From Sphingobacteriales bacterium (GTDB lineage Bacteria > Bacteroidota > Bacteroidia > UKL13-3), in contig JAJTEN010000026.1 in NCBI GenBank assembly GCA_021298155.1, forward strand, positions 4,297-68,296: 64,000 nucleotides of DNA, written 5' to 3'. The position numbers and the translations under genes are program-made. Below are positions 1 through 10,686 of the stretch, one piece after another. Each line of letters begins with the position of its first letter. The first letter of the stretch is position 1. A model generated the notes under the pieces. It searched no databases. It saw only the letters and a list, made by a program, of their open reading frames with translations, and was not told the DNA's origin.

Positions 1-69
1 TTATAAAAAAGGCACACCATAAATCCTATTTCATAAAATATTTGTATACTTGAACCAAATATTTTTAAC

Positions 70-945
70 ATGAAAACTGCATACATTTTCCCCGGACAAG
101 GTGCTCAATTCGTAGGAATGGGCAAAGATTTATATGACACTAATGAAATCGCTAAGGGTCTTTTTGAAAAGGCTAACGACATACTTGGGTTTCGCATAAC
201 CGATTTAATGTTTAGCGGAACTGATGAAGATTTAAAGCAAACCAGAGTTACCCAACCTGCAATTTTTCTTCACTCTGTTGTTAAAGCTTTAACATCCTCT
301 GATTTTAAACCCGATATGGTAGCGGGACACAGCTTAGGGGAATTTTCTGCCTTAGTTGCTGCTCAGGTCTTATCCTTTGAGGATGGACTCAAATTAGTCT
401 ATGCGCGCGCTATGGCCATGCAAAGTGCTTGTGAAATGGAGCCTTCTACTATGGCAGCCGTGCTTGGCTTGGCTGATGAAAAGGTTGAAGAAATTTGTGC
501 AAGTATACAAACAGAAGTGGTTGTTCCAGCCAATTATAATTGTCCGGGACAACTCGTCATTTCGGGAAGTATAGCTGGTGTAAATAATGCATGTGATTTA
601 TTGAAAGCTGCAGGAGCAAAACGCGCATTGGTACTTCAAGTTGGTGGCGCATTTCACTCACCGCTCATGGAACCGGCAAGCATTCAACTGGAAGCTGCCA
701 TTCATAATACAACCTTCAATACCCCAATTTGCCCCATTTACCAAAATGTGCCAGCTCAAGCAGTAACAGATATTAACCAAATAAAATCTAATTTAGTTGC
801 TCAGTTAACCGCACCTGTAAAATGGACCCAATCTGTTCTTGCCATGGTGACCGATGGTGCAACAGATTTTGTGGAATGTGGCCCAGGAAATGTGTTACAA
901 GGTTTGGTAAAAAAGATACATAAAGAAGCGAATACGCGTTCTTAA
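70..945 (+). CDS. fabD: ACP S-malonyltransferase (malonyl CoA-ACP transacylase)
   Basis: 291 aa. N-terminal FPGQGAQ and active-site GHSLGEFSAL motifs typical of FabD. Full-length ORF. Confidence 0.9.
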   Translation: MKTAYIFPGQGAQFVGMGKDLYDTNEIAKGLFEKANDILGFRITDLMFSGTDEDLKQTRVTQPAIFLHSVVKALTSSDFKPDMVAGHSLGEFSALVAAQVLSFEDGLKLVYARAMAMQSACEMEPSTMAAVLGLADEKVEEICASIQTEVVVPANYNCPGQLVISGSIAGVNNACDLLKAAGAKRALVLQVGGAFHSPLMEPASIQLEAAIHNTTFNTPICPIYQNVPAQAVTDINQIKSNLVAQLTAPVKWTQSVLAMVTDGATDFVECGPGNVLQGLVKKIHKEANTRS

Positions 946-1061
946 GTATCCATCAGATTTTCACTTTTTAATTAGACTCTATTCCATTTTAATTAGTGGA
1001 AATAATAACACAATATCCTTTTAAGAGTAGGCTTTACTTGCATAAATTAATCAGTTTTACA

Positions 1062-2651
1062 ATGAATTTGAAACATATCAGGTTTTTACTTTTTATTATG
1101 TTATACCTGCCAATATTGGCTGTATCAGAAAATCCAAAACTGCCTTTAATTCCTATGCCTAAAAATGTGAAAGTAAACGCAGGTAACTTTATCATTAGTA
1201 AGGCTACAAATCTATCGGCTTCCGCAGAACTAACCAATGAAGTTAAATACCTTAATACCTATTTCAAAAACAACCATCAAATAGTTTTTAATTTAGACAA
1301 GAAAGCAGGCAATAAGATTGTTTTAAAAATAAACAGCTTATTACCAAACCTGCCAGGAACTTACAGCATCAGTAGCAATTCTAATGAACTCATACTTGAA
1401 GCTTTTGATGCAAGTGGAATTTTTTACGGTATTCAGTCGATTATACAACTTCTCCCTATCAATCAAGTTAATGAAGTAAGTATTCCATTAATTCAAGTAA
1501 GCGATCAACCCAAATACCAATGGAGGGGAATGCATTTAGATTGTAGTAGGCATTTTTTTAATACCACATTTATAAAAAAGTATATCGACATGCTGGCCTA
1601 CTATAAAATGAATAAATTTCATTGGCACCTTACAGATGACCAAGGTTGGCGGATAGAAATAAAGAAATATCCAAAACTAACAGAAGTAGGCGCATGGAGA
1701 AATGGCACAATGATAGGTCACTATCGCGATCAAAAAATAGACAGTATTAAATATGGTGGATTCTATACCCAATCAGACATTAAAGAAATTATTACCTACG
1801 CTCAGGAAAGGCATATTGAAGTAATTCCAGAGATTGAAATGCCGGGCCATGCTTTAGCAGCCCTGGCAGCCTATCCAGAATTTTCTTGCAGCAAACTTCC
1901 TACCCAAGTAGGCACACGTTGGGGCGTAGAAACAAATGTATTCTGCCCAAGCGAAGAAACCTTTCATTTTTTAGAAGACATTTTAAACGAGGTTATGGAG
2001 ATTTTTCCGAGTAAATATATTCATATTGGTGGCGATGAAGTCCCTAAAGATGAATGGAACAAATCGGATTTATGCCAACAGCTAATGAAAGATCAAAACC
2101 TTGCAGATGCCAATGAACTACAATCTTATTTTATACGCAGGATAGAAAAGTTAGTGAACAAGAAAGGGAAAACGATTATTGGTTGGGATGAAATTTTAGA
2201 AGGTGGATTAGCTCCAAATGCAGTAGTTATGAGTTGGCGTGGCGAAAGCGGAGGAATAACTGCAGCAAAAATGAAACATCCAGTGATTATGAGTCCGGGC
2301 TCACATTGCTATTTCGACCATTATCAAGCTTCACCAGAAAAAGAGCCTCTTGCCATTGGAGGCTTTACCTCATTAGAGAAAGTATATAGTTATAACCCTA
2401 CACCCATTGCCCTAGATAGCACCGAGGCGACTTTTATTTTGGGGGCACAGGGTAATGTGTGGACAGAATACATCAAAACGCCATCTCAGGTGGAATATAT
2501 GATGATGCCCAGAATGGCTGCCTTGGCAGAAGTTGTTTGGCTATCCAAAGACAAACAAAATTACTCAGATTTTTTGGGTAGATTAACATTACAAATTCCT
2601 TATTTAAACTATAAAAAAATAAATTTCTGCCAAACTGAATTCTCAAAATAA
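1062..2651 (+). CDS. beta-N-acetylhexosaminidase, GH20 family, secreted
   Basis: ORF 996..2651. I chose the internal Met at 1062 (MNLKHIRFLLFIMLYLPILAVS) because it heads a signal peptide. GH20 catalytic motifs present: HLDCSRHFF, HWHLTDDQGWR, HIGGDEV. Confidence 0.85.
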   Translation: MNLKHIRFLLFIMLYLPILAVSENPKLPLIPMPKNVKVNAGNFIISKATNLSASAELTNEVKYLNTYFKNNHQIVFNLDKKAGNKIVLKINSLLPNLPGTYSISSNSNELILEAFDASGIFYGIQSIIQLLPINQVNEVSIPLIQVSDQPKYQWRGMHLDCSRHFFNTTFIKKYIDMLAYYKMNKFHWHLTDDQGWRIEIKKYPKLTEVGAWRNGTMIGHYRDQKIDSIKYGGFYTQSDIKEIITYAQERHIEVIPEIEMPGHALAALAAYPEFSCSKLPTQVGTRWGVETNVFCPSEETFHFLEDILNEVMEIFPSKYIHIGGDEVPKDEWNKSDLCQQLMKDQNLADANELQSYFIRRIEKLVNKKGKTIIGWDEILEGGLAPNAVVMSWRGESGGITAAKMKHPVIMSPGSHCYFDHYQASPEKEPLAIGGFTSLEKVYSYNPTPIALDSTEATFILGAQGNVWTEYIKTPSQVEYMMMPRMAALAEVVWLSKDKQNYSDFLGRLTLQIPYLNYKKINFCQTEFSK

Positions 2652-3650
2652 ATGAAAACAAACAGGAAACAATTTATTAAAACCAGTTTATTAGCTGGAA
2701 CAGCCATTGGGATGAATGCGTGTAATTTTGATCATAAAACAACTCAATCAAAAACAATTGTTTCCACAAAGCCAATTGTAATATCTACTTGGCGCTTTGG
2801 AATTCAAGCCAACGAAGCGGCATGGGAAATTTTAAAAAATAAGGGAAAAGCATTAGATGCTGTTGAAGCAGGAGTAAAAGTACCAGAGGCTGATCCAAAT
2901 GAGCGCAGTGTTGGACTTGGTGGGCGTCCAGACAGAGACGGAATAGTTAGTTTGGATGCCTGTATTATGGATGAATTAGGGAATATTGGTTCAGTAGTTT
3001 GTTTAGAAAATATTAAACATGCTATTTCTGTTGCCAGAGCCATAATGGAAAAAACGCCACATGTAATGCTTGCAGGTGAAGGAGCCTATCAGTTTGCCAT
3101 TTCACAAGGGTTTCCAAGAGAAAATTTATTGGTTGAAGCATCTGAAAAAGAATGGAAAGAGTGGCTTTTACATAGTAACTACAAACCCATTGCAAATATT
3201 GAAAATCATGATACCATAGGCATGCTTGCCTTAGATGAATTTGGCAACCTATCAGGCGCATGCACAACCAGTGGCATGGCATTTAAAATGCGTGGAAGGG
3301 TTGGCGACTCCCCTATTATTGGTGCGGGATTATATGTAGATAATGAAATTGGGGCTGCCACAGCAACCGGGCATGGTGAGGAAGTAATTAGAATAGCGGG
3401 AAGCGCTTTAGTGGTTGAACTTATGCGCCAAGGTTTAAAACCAGAAGCAGCATGTAAAGAAGCAGTTATGCGTGTGGTGAAATTAATGGAGCGCAGAAAT
3501 AAAAATTTAAAAGACATACAAGTTGGATTTATTGCCCTCAATAAATTAGGTGAACATGGGGCCTATTGTGTTCAAAGTGGCTTTAACTTTGCCATCCAAA
3601 CAAATAGCAGAAAAGAACTCATTGATGCGCCATATTACCTTAAAGTATAA
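2652..3650 (+). CDS. N4-(beta-N-acetylglucosaminyl)-L-asparaginase (glycosylasparaginase, Ntn-hydrolase)
   Basis: 332 aa with signal/lipoprotein-like N-terminus (LLAGTAIGMNAC). Asparaginase-2 family motifs: HDTIGMLALD autoprocessing Thr and GRVGDSPIIGAG. Confidence 0.85.
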   Translation: MKTNRKQFIKTSLLAGTAIGMNACNFDHKTTQSKTIVSTKPIVISTWRFGIQANEAAWEILKNKGKALDAVEAGVKVPEADPNERSVGLGGRPDRDGIVSLDACIMDELGNIGSVVCLENIKHAISVARAIMEKTPHVMLAGEGAYQFAISQGFPRENLLVEASEKEWKEWLLHSNYKPIANIENHDTIGMLALDEFGNLSGACTTSGMAFKMRGRVGDSPIIGAGLYVDNEIGAATATGHGEEVIRIAGSALVVELMRQGLKPEAACKEAVMRVVKLMERRNKNLKDIQVGFIALNKLGEHGAYCVQSGFNFAIQTNSRKELIDAPYYLKV

Positions 3651-4324
3651 TGGCAAACCAATCTCATGCAATAGAAATTGCCTGCTTTAGTAAAGAAGCA
3701 GCCCTAATAGCTGCAGAGGCTGGCGCACATAGACTAGAACTATGTGCCAATAAAGAATTAGGCGGGGTAAGTCCGAACCTAGAATGGGTAAAAGAAATTA
3801 AATCTAAAGTTGCAATTCCTGTATATGTAATGGTAAGACCAAGAGGAGGAAACTTTATATACACAGATGAGGAAGTATTAGAAATGGAAAACTATATGCT
3901 TGCCGCCCATTCACTAAAGGTAGATGGCTTTGTATTTGGCTGTTTAGATGACAAACAACATTTAAACCCAATTCAAAACGAGCGTTTAATCAAAGCTGCA
4001 AACCATAAACCCTGCACCTTGCACAAGGCATTTGACGAAACAATTGACCCTTTTGAAACATTGAATAGCGCAATTAACCTGGGTTTCAAAACTATTTTAA
4101 GCTCGGGTTGCAAAACTGAAGCAAGCCAAGGTTTGTCTATTCTTTCTAAATTATTTATTAAAAGTTATGATAAAATCCACATTATGCCAGGTGGTAATAT
4201 CAGAAGTAGTAATTTAGCAAACATTAAAAAACACTGTGGCGCATTTTGGTATCACTCTGCTGCCATCACAGATAAAGGAATCCTTCCCAATGCAGCAGAG
4301 ATTAACGCATTACTTAACATATGA
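3650..4324 (+). CDS. cutC: copper homeostasis protein CutC family (TIM-barrel)
   Basis: 224 aa. N-terminus (IEIACFSKEAALIAAEAGAHRLELC) and overall length match CutC. Start overlaps the upstream stop by 1 nt. Confidence 0.85.
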   Translation: MANQSHAIEIACFSKEAALIAAEAGAHRLELCANKELGGVSPNLEWVKEIKSKVAIPVYVMVRPRGGNFIYTDEEVLEMENYMLAAHSLKVDGFVFGCLDDKQHLNPIQNERLIKAANHKPCTLHKAFDETIDPFETLNSAINLGFKTILSSGCKTEASQGLSILSKLFIKSYDKIHIMPGGNIRSSNLANIKKHCGAFWYHSAAITDKGILPNAAEINALLNI

Positions 4325-6754
4325 CAATAAGAATTTGTTTACTGGTATTCGGCATCTTTCATAGCTTCTGGGGTGTAGCACAAACAAATTTACTAGCGCA
4401 TTCTAAATGGTTTTTTAAGGGTAATAACAGCCACACAACCTGGATGGATGCCAATGTTCCCGGCAATGTTCATACTGATCTATTTAAATTAAATAAAATC
4501 CCAGACCCGCATGTTGGAACCAACGAATCAGATTTGCAGTGGATCTCGGCTGAAGGTTGGATTTATAAAACCAATTTCGAGATCAGTGAAGAAGTTTATA
4601 CTAAAAACAACTTTAGTTTAGATATTGAATCTATTGATACACATGCGAAACTCTATTTAAACAATCACTATTTTTTTAGTAATCGAAATCAATTTATTCC
4701 CCTTTCGCAAGAAATAAAGAAGTACTTAAAAGTGGGAGACAATGAGCTTAGAATTGAATTTGAACCGAGCACTCAAATAGCTCAAATGGCTGCAAAAAGT
4801 CTACCCTATACCCTAAACCTTAATTACTTATGGCATTGGAAATATTTCTATACAAGCATGGGAAAACATCAATATTAAACGCCATAGCTACACACAAAAA
4901 TTACATAGTGATAGCTCAATAGACCTTACTTTTACTGTATATATTGAGTCAGATAAGGCCCAAACTATTGAACTACAACTCGGATTAAATGAACAGTCAA
5001 CCAGAAGTAAAAAGTTTACCCTTCAAAAAGGTATTAACCCATGTATCATTAAACAAAAAATTAAGCAACCTATTTGGTGGTGGTGTAACGGACTCGGTTC
5101 AGCTTATTTGTATACACTTAGCATAAACGTATTTAAAAATAAAACACTTATAGACCAACACAGAGAAAAATTTGGCATTAGAACAATAGAATGGGTAAAT
5201 GAGCAAGCAGAAAATGGAGAATCATTTTATCTTAAATTAAATGGCAAACCCGTTTTCATGAAAGGGGCAAACTATATACCACCCCATCATTTTTTAAATA
5301 ACCTTACACCAAGTGTGTATACCAATTTAGTAGCAAATGCCGCTGCGTCTCATATGAATATGCTCCGAGTTTGGGGAGGAGGCGTATATGCTCCCGATAT
5401 TTTTTATGAAGCCTGTGATTCATTGGGAATCTTGGTTTGGCAAGATTTCATGTTTGCTTGTGCCATGTACCCATCAGATACTGCATTTTTAAATAATGTA
5501 GCCGAAGAAGTGTTAACACAAACCCAACGCTTGCAAAACCATGCATCAATTGCCATTTGGTGTGGCAATAATGAAAATGCAGAAGGTTGGCACAATTGGG
5601 GATGGCAAAAACAGTTTAATTATTCGGTTCAAGATTCTGCAAAAATTGCATACTCCTACTATCAATTATTCGACTCACTTATCCCAAGCATCCTAAAATC
5701 AAACGATCCCAATCGTTTTTATTGGCCAAGTTCTCCAGCTTTTGGCTGGGGCAGAGAAAAAAGTTTAAGCAGCGGAGATTTACATTATTGGGGCGTTTGG
5801 TGGGGAATGGAACCCTTTGAAACCTATCAGAAAAAGGTGGGTAGATTTGTAAGCGAATTTGGGTTTCAAGCATTGCCAAGTATACATAGCTTAAAAGAAA
5901 TGAAAATAATACAGGCACTAGAATTAGATTCTGTTTTGTTAAAGTCGCATCAAAAACACCCCAAAGGTTTTGAAACAATAAATACATACCTACAAAGAGA
6001 TTATCCAAAGGGTAAAAATATTGCTGAGTATGTCTACCTTTCACAATTGGTTCAGGCAAAAGGTATGAAGATTGCTATGGAAAGTCACAGATCTGCAAAA
6101 CCCTACTGCATGGGAAGCTTATATTGGCAATTGAATGATTGCTGGCCGGTAATTTCTTGGAGTGGAACCGACTTTTTCCTCAGAAAAAAAGCACTTCAGT
6201 ATCAAATTAAAAAGAACTTTGCGCCCTATTTATTAGTACTAAATGTAGTACACGATTCGATTATAGTTCAGGTAATTTCGGATAAATTAACAGACCAATT
6301 AGGCACCCTACAATTAATTCTATGGAAAACCAATGGACAGGCATTAGATCAACAGGTATTGGGTATAACTATTGAGGCAAACAGCAATAAACGCTATGCA
6401 TTTGCTTTGAACCAAAACCTAAATTGGAAAGAAAAAAATGAATGGGTTTTGCAAGGAAATCTGCTGCTAGCAAACGGTGAAATAGCCAAACAAAGTTTTT
6501 ATTTTACTGAACCCAAAAACCTAAAATTACCCGATCCTAAAATACAGATTGAGTACTTACCAAATAATGAAATGAGTTTGTATAGCGAAGTATTCATAAA
6601 AGATCTTGCCCTTATTTTTGAAGATAAAGAAATTGAGGTATCAGATAATTATTTTGATTTAATGCCATTTCAGAAGGAAATTATAAAATTAGAAACCAAT
6701 AAGGATAAACCAAGTTTCACCATTCAATCTTTGAATAAACTCATGAACCCATAA
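4321..6754 (+). pseudogene. GH2 beta-mannosidase disrupted by a +1 frameshift (two ORF fragments 4321..4878 and 5108..6754)
   Basis: Fragment 1 has a signal peptide and the GH2 sugar-binding N-domain. Fragment 2 has the catalytic part (WQDFMFACAMYP, IWCGNNENAEGW). The gap 4879..5107 is not intergenic: it is open in the +1 frame and encodes ...IQAWENINIKRHSYTQ...PIWWWCNGLGSAYLYTL, the conserved beta-mannosidase WWPNG region. The +1 frame is open from 4817 and frame 0 closes at 4878, which places the shift in about 4817..4878, near an A/T run (ggaaatatttct, ~4839..4850). Confidence 0.6.
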
Positions 6755-6788
6755 TGATTTTAGAGCTAAAACACATATATTAGCCACA

Positions 6789-9419
6789 ATGAAATTTAAC
6801 TGGCCGTATTTAGTTAGCCTTCTTTTTTGCTTATTCAACACCCATGTATTTGGGAATTATTCCATTATTCCGAAGCCAGTTGAAACCATTATCAAATCAG
6901 ATCAATTTAGTTTTTCTACCAATTATACCATAGAAGCACAATGCAGCGATTTTCAATTACAACAATCATTTAAAGATTGGGTAAATGTAGAGGCTATAAA
7001 AAAAATAAAGCCAAACAAAATTGTTCAAACAAAATTAAGTCTGCTTTGGGTTGGACAAAAAAAATGGAAATCTTATCTACACAAGCTGCGCTTAAAAGAT
7101 GATTTTATACCCGGCAATGAAGGCTATGTAATGCTCATAGACAAAAACAGCATCATAGTATTGGCGCAGAGCGATATCGGCTTGTTTTATGGATTTCAAT
7201 CCTTACAACAACTATTTAAACAAGAAGCAATCTCTTGTGGTGAAATATATGATAAACCAAGTTTTGCCATTCGGGCTTGGCAAGATGATATTAGCAGAGG
7301 TCCGATCCCAACCATTCATCAATTAAAAAAAGAAATTCAATTACTTTCTCATTATAAACTCAATTACTTAACCCTTTATACAGAACATGTATTCAAGTAT
7401 GTGAGTCACCCCGGTATTGCCCCCAAAGAAGGCTTAAGTGCAGCAGAAGTTGCAGAATTGAGAGACTATGCAAAACAATTTCATGTTCAACTAATTGCCA
7501 ATCAGCAAAGTTTTGGACACCTCGAAAAATTATTACAAACCAAAGGATATCAAGATTTGGCAGAAAGCAATCATATTATTTCTCCGGCCAATGCAAGAAC
7601 ATATCCCCTTTTGGAAAACTTTTATAAAGAACAAAATAATGCTTATAGAAGTAATTTTTTTCAAATTAATGCAGATGAAACCTTTGGCTTGGGAAATGGG
7701 CAAAATAAGGCGATGCTAGATAGCATGGGAATTGCTAAATTATATGCCTATCACATTACTAAAATTGAACAAATTTTAAAAAAACAAGGTAAAACGGTTT
7801 TAATGTGGAGCGATATTATTTCTGCTTACCCAGAAATAATAAACCAGTTATCAAAAGATATTATTCTCATTCCTTGGGCATACGATGGCGCTGCAAATTT
7901 TAAAAAATTCTTAGAACCCATCGCCAAATCTGGATTTACATTTTGGGTAGCACCAGGTATAAATAATTGGCAAAACATTTATCCGAACCAAGAAGTTACA
8001 CAAGAAAATATATACAATTTGGTGCGAGATGGTTTTGAATTAGGAGCAAAAGGTGTTTTAAATACCAGTTGGGACGACGACGGTTTTGCGCTATTTGGGA
8101 ATAATTGGCAAGGCTTAATTTGGGGGGCAGAGTTAAGCTGGAATGCACCAGAAAGTGGCAGTAATAGTGCCGTAAGATGGCATGCATTTGAAGAAAATTT
8201 AAATACCCAATTTTGGGAAGGTTCAATGCAAAAATGGGTGAAACAATATTGTGCATTTCACCAAACAAAAGTTTTAAATCCATTACGTAATGAAAGTTTG
8301 TTTGAACCCATTTTAACCTTTTACCCCAGCTATATTAGTAAAGAAACCGAAGCAGAATGTGTAAATCAATTGAAAGCCTTACAAACAATACGAGCAGGTG
8401 TTGAAAAAGCAAAAACGAATAGTTTAATTGGGAAAGAAGCCATAGGATATTTACTATTCAGTATACATGCATCCCTTTTTGTATGCGAAAAAAACGCTTT
8501 TCGAGCCTATTTCTCTAAACCTGAAAACAGAACAAATAATGCAGCCAAAATTAATGAATACATTAAAAAGCTTGAGATACAAGTAAACCATTTAAAAGAA
8601 GCATTTGAAGCTTTATACTTACAAGAAAACAAACCCTACTATTTAGAGACCAACATCCTTAAATTCGATAAATTATTAGATGAATTATACCAAATACCCT
8701 ACTATTTTGATGTAATAGCTGATGAAAAAATTGGCAGAAAGGGGAGAAAATTCAATTTTATTGGACCATTACATGCAGATAGAATCAATTATACCTGGGG
8801 TAAAAACACCTTAAACAATACTTCACCCCTATTTACTAAACCCTTTTACAGCAATCAAAACTTAATACTAAAATCTGGAATATTCAAAAATGGGAAGCTA
8901 CAGTTTTGCAGAACAGATTCATTTATTTACCATGAAGCAATTGGCAGTATCCGAGATATAAATTTACAAGCGAGCAAGTATCACCCAAGTTATGTTTCAA
9001 GTGGAAAAATGGCTTTAGTAGATGGTAAAATTGGTTCAGTGCTTGATTTAAAAAGTGGCTTATGGCAAGGCTATGCAGGAGGCGATTTAGTGATCGATTT
9101 ATCCTTAGCTAAACCTAAAAATATTCGATCTTTTGCCATGGGATTTTATCAAAATACACCTTCTTGGGTAATTCTTCCCAAAGAGATTCAACTATTTATT
9201 TCTCCCGATGGATACGACTATCACTTTTTTCAAAGTATTGGTCACACCATACCAATAAAAAAAGAAGAAGCTTTAAAATACTTGTTTGAGCTAAACTTTG
9301 CTAAGAAAAAAATAAAATACATACGAATTATTGCTAAATACGCAGGTAATTTGCCACCTAAGCACCCTGGAGCAGGAAATCCATCTATGCTATTTGCAGA
9401 TGAAATTATCTTAAAATAG
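6789..9419 (+). CDS. GH20-family beta-N-acetylhexosaminidase-like glycosidase with C-terminal F5/8 type C (discoidin)-like domain
   Basis: 876 aa with signal peptide. The catalytic region (IRAWQDDISRGPIPT...KLNYLTLYTEHVFKY...HVQLIANQQSFGHLEKLL) resembles the GH20 TIM barrel. The C-terminal ~150 aa are beta-sandwich-like. Family assignment is less certain than for the first GH20. Confidence 0.6.
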   Translation: MKFNWPYLVSLLFCLFNTHVFGNYSIIPKPVETIIKSDQFSFSTNYTIEAQCSDFQLQQSFKDWVNVEAIKKIKPNKIVQTKLSLLWVGQKKWKSYLHKLRLKDDFIPGNEGYVMLIDKNSIIVLAQSDIGLFYGFQSLQQLFKQEAISCGEIYDKPSFAIRAWQDDISRGPIPTIHQLKKEIQLLSHYKLNYLTLYTEHVFKYVSHPGIAPKEGLSAAEVAELRDYAKQFHVQLIANQQSFGHLEKLLQTKGYQDLAESNHIISPANARTYPLLENFYKEQNNAYRSNFFQINADETFGLGNGQNKAMLDSMGIAKLYAYHITKIEQILKKQGKTVLMWSDIISAYPEIINQLSKDIILIPWAYDGAANFKKFLEPIAKSGFTFWVAPGINNWQNIYPNQEVTQENIYNLVRDGFELGAKGVLNTSWDDDGFALFGNNWQGLIWGAELSWNAPESGSNSAVRWHAFEENLNTQFWEGSMQKWVKQYCAFHQTKVLNPLRNESLFEPILTFYPSYISKETEAECVNQLKALQTIRAGVEKAKTNSLIGKEAIGYLLFSIHASLFVCEKNAFRAYFSKPENRTNNAAKINEYIKKLEIQVNHLKEAFEALYLQENKPYYLETNILKFDKLLDELYQIPYYFDVIADEKIGRKGRKFNFIGPLHADRINYTWGKNTLNNTSPLFTKPFYSNQNLILKSGIFKNGKLQFCRTDSFIYHEAIGSIRDINLQASKYHPSYVSSGKMALVDGKIGSVLDLKSGLWQGYAGGDLVIDLSLAKPKNIRSFAMGFYQNTPSWVILPKEIQLFISPDGYDYHFFQSIGHTIPIKKEEALKYLFELNFAKKKIKYIRIIAKYAGNLPPKHPGAGNPSMLFADEIILK

Positions 9420-9420
9420 C

Positions 9421-10629
9421 TTACGCTTTTCTCTTTAACCTGGCCATAAAGAAGCCATCAAAACCAGATTCGCTAGGCAACACAACTCTTGCATCTTCTA
9501 ATTCATAATTGGTATGTTTGGCTAAAAATGCATCCACCTGTAATTGATTTTCAGAAGGCAAAATACTGCAAGTGGCATAAACCAATTTACCGCCTACTTT
9601 TACAATTTTTGCATATTCTTCAAGAATTTCAGCTTGTTCTGCTTTTACTTTTTGTATAAACTCAAGACTCAACTTCCATTTGGCGTCTGGATTTCTTTTA
9701 ATCACACCCAAACCACTACAAGGCACATCCAACAACAATCTATCAGCTGTGTCATATAATTTTTTAATGGTTTTAGAACCCTCTATTAATCGCGTATCTA
9801 GGTTACTAACACCCGCTCTTCTGGCTCTTTTTTTGGCTTCATCTAACTTCCATTGCTCTGTATCCAAACTTAAAATACGTCCTTTATTCTGACTAATGGC
9901 AGCCATATGCAACGACTTTCCACCGGCACCCGCGCAGGCATCTATGATGCGCATACCTGGTTCTATTTGTAAAAACTCTGCAACCAATTGCGAAGAGGCA
10001 TCTTGCACCTCAAAGTAGCCTGCTTTAAACTCGGGTGTAATAAATAAATTCTGACGTTGTTTTAAAAGTAATGCATCTTTACACCCCTGAACAGGCTGGG
10101 TCATAATTCCCTTTTCTGATAAACTTTTAACCAAATCTGGTTTAGCTATTTTAAGTGTATTTACGCGTAATACAACAGGAGCTGCCTCATTAAGCGCTTC
10201 AACCTCCTTGTTCCATTGCTTACCCAATTCAGCCCAACCCAAATCATCTAACCAATCTGGCAAAGAATGAACTAATTTTCTTTGCGTCTTAATTTGCTTA
10301 TAATTATGATGAATCTTCTTTTCATCTACATTCTTAAATTCTTCCCACTTAGGCAATGCAACCCCTTTTAACACTTGCCAAGTTCCAAATAAGGTAAACA
10401 AATTAGTTTCATTTAGTTCGTGCGTTTCTAACTCAGCAACGGTTCTAATTAATCGCCAGTAACGCACCATATCATAGGTATTCTCGGCAATAAAAGCCCT
10501 GTCTCTTGCACCCCATAAATTATTAGAGCGTAAGATTTTCTCTAAGGCCTTATCAGCATATCTGCCCTCTTCAAAAATTTGAAATATTGCTCTATTTACT
10601 GCTCTCAACAGATTTAAATGAAACTTCAT
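9421..10629 (-). CDS. rsmB: 16S rRNA (cytosine967-C5)-methyltransferase, RsmB/Sun family
   Basis: 402 aa. NusB-like N-terminal domain, SAM-binding motif DACAGAGGKS and catalytic DVPCSGLGVIKRNPD. Confidence 0.8.
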   Translation of the reverse strand: MKFHLNLLRAVNRAIFQIFEEGRYADKALEKILRSNNLWGARDRAFIAENTYDMVRYWRLIRTVAELETHELNETNLFTLFGTWQVLKGVALPKWEEFKNVDEKKIHHNYKQIKTQRKLVHSLPDWLDDLGWAELGKQWNKEVEALNEAAPVVLRVNTLKIAKPDLVKSLSEKGIMTQPVQGCKDALLLKQRQNLFITPEFKAGYFEVQDASSQLVAEFLQIEPGMRIIDACAGAGGKSLHMAAISQNKGRILSLDTEQWKLDEAKKRARRAGVSNLDTRLIEGSKTIKKLYDTADRLLLDVPCSGLGVIKRNPDAKWKLSLEFIQKVKAEQAEILEEYAKIVKVGGKLVYATCSILPSENQLQVDAFLAKHTNYELEDARVVLPSESGFDGFFMARLKRKA

Positions 10630-10686
10630 AAACTACCAAACATATTGTGTAAGGTGCAAAGATAAGGTATTTATAGCGCTTTAAGC

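Noticed and set aside
1034-3864. Several short minus-strand ORFs (1034..1237, 2804..3043, 3022..3282, 3206..3541, 3664..3864)
   Set aside because: All are embedded antisense in the strongly supported GH20, glycosylasparaginase and cutC genes. They have no signal or motifs.
4879-5107. Apparent 230-nt intergenic gap between two beta-mannosidase fragments
   Set aside because: It is not intergenic. It is coding in the +1 frame (the conserved WWxNG region), so the two ORFs are one frameshifted gene.
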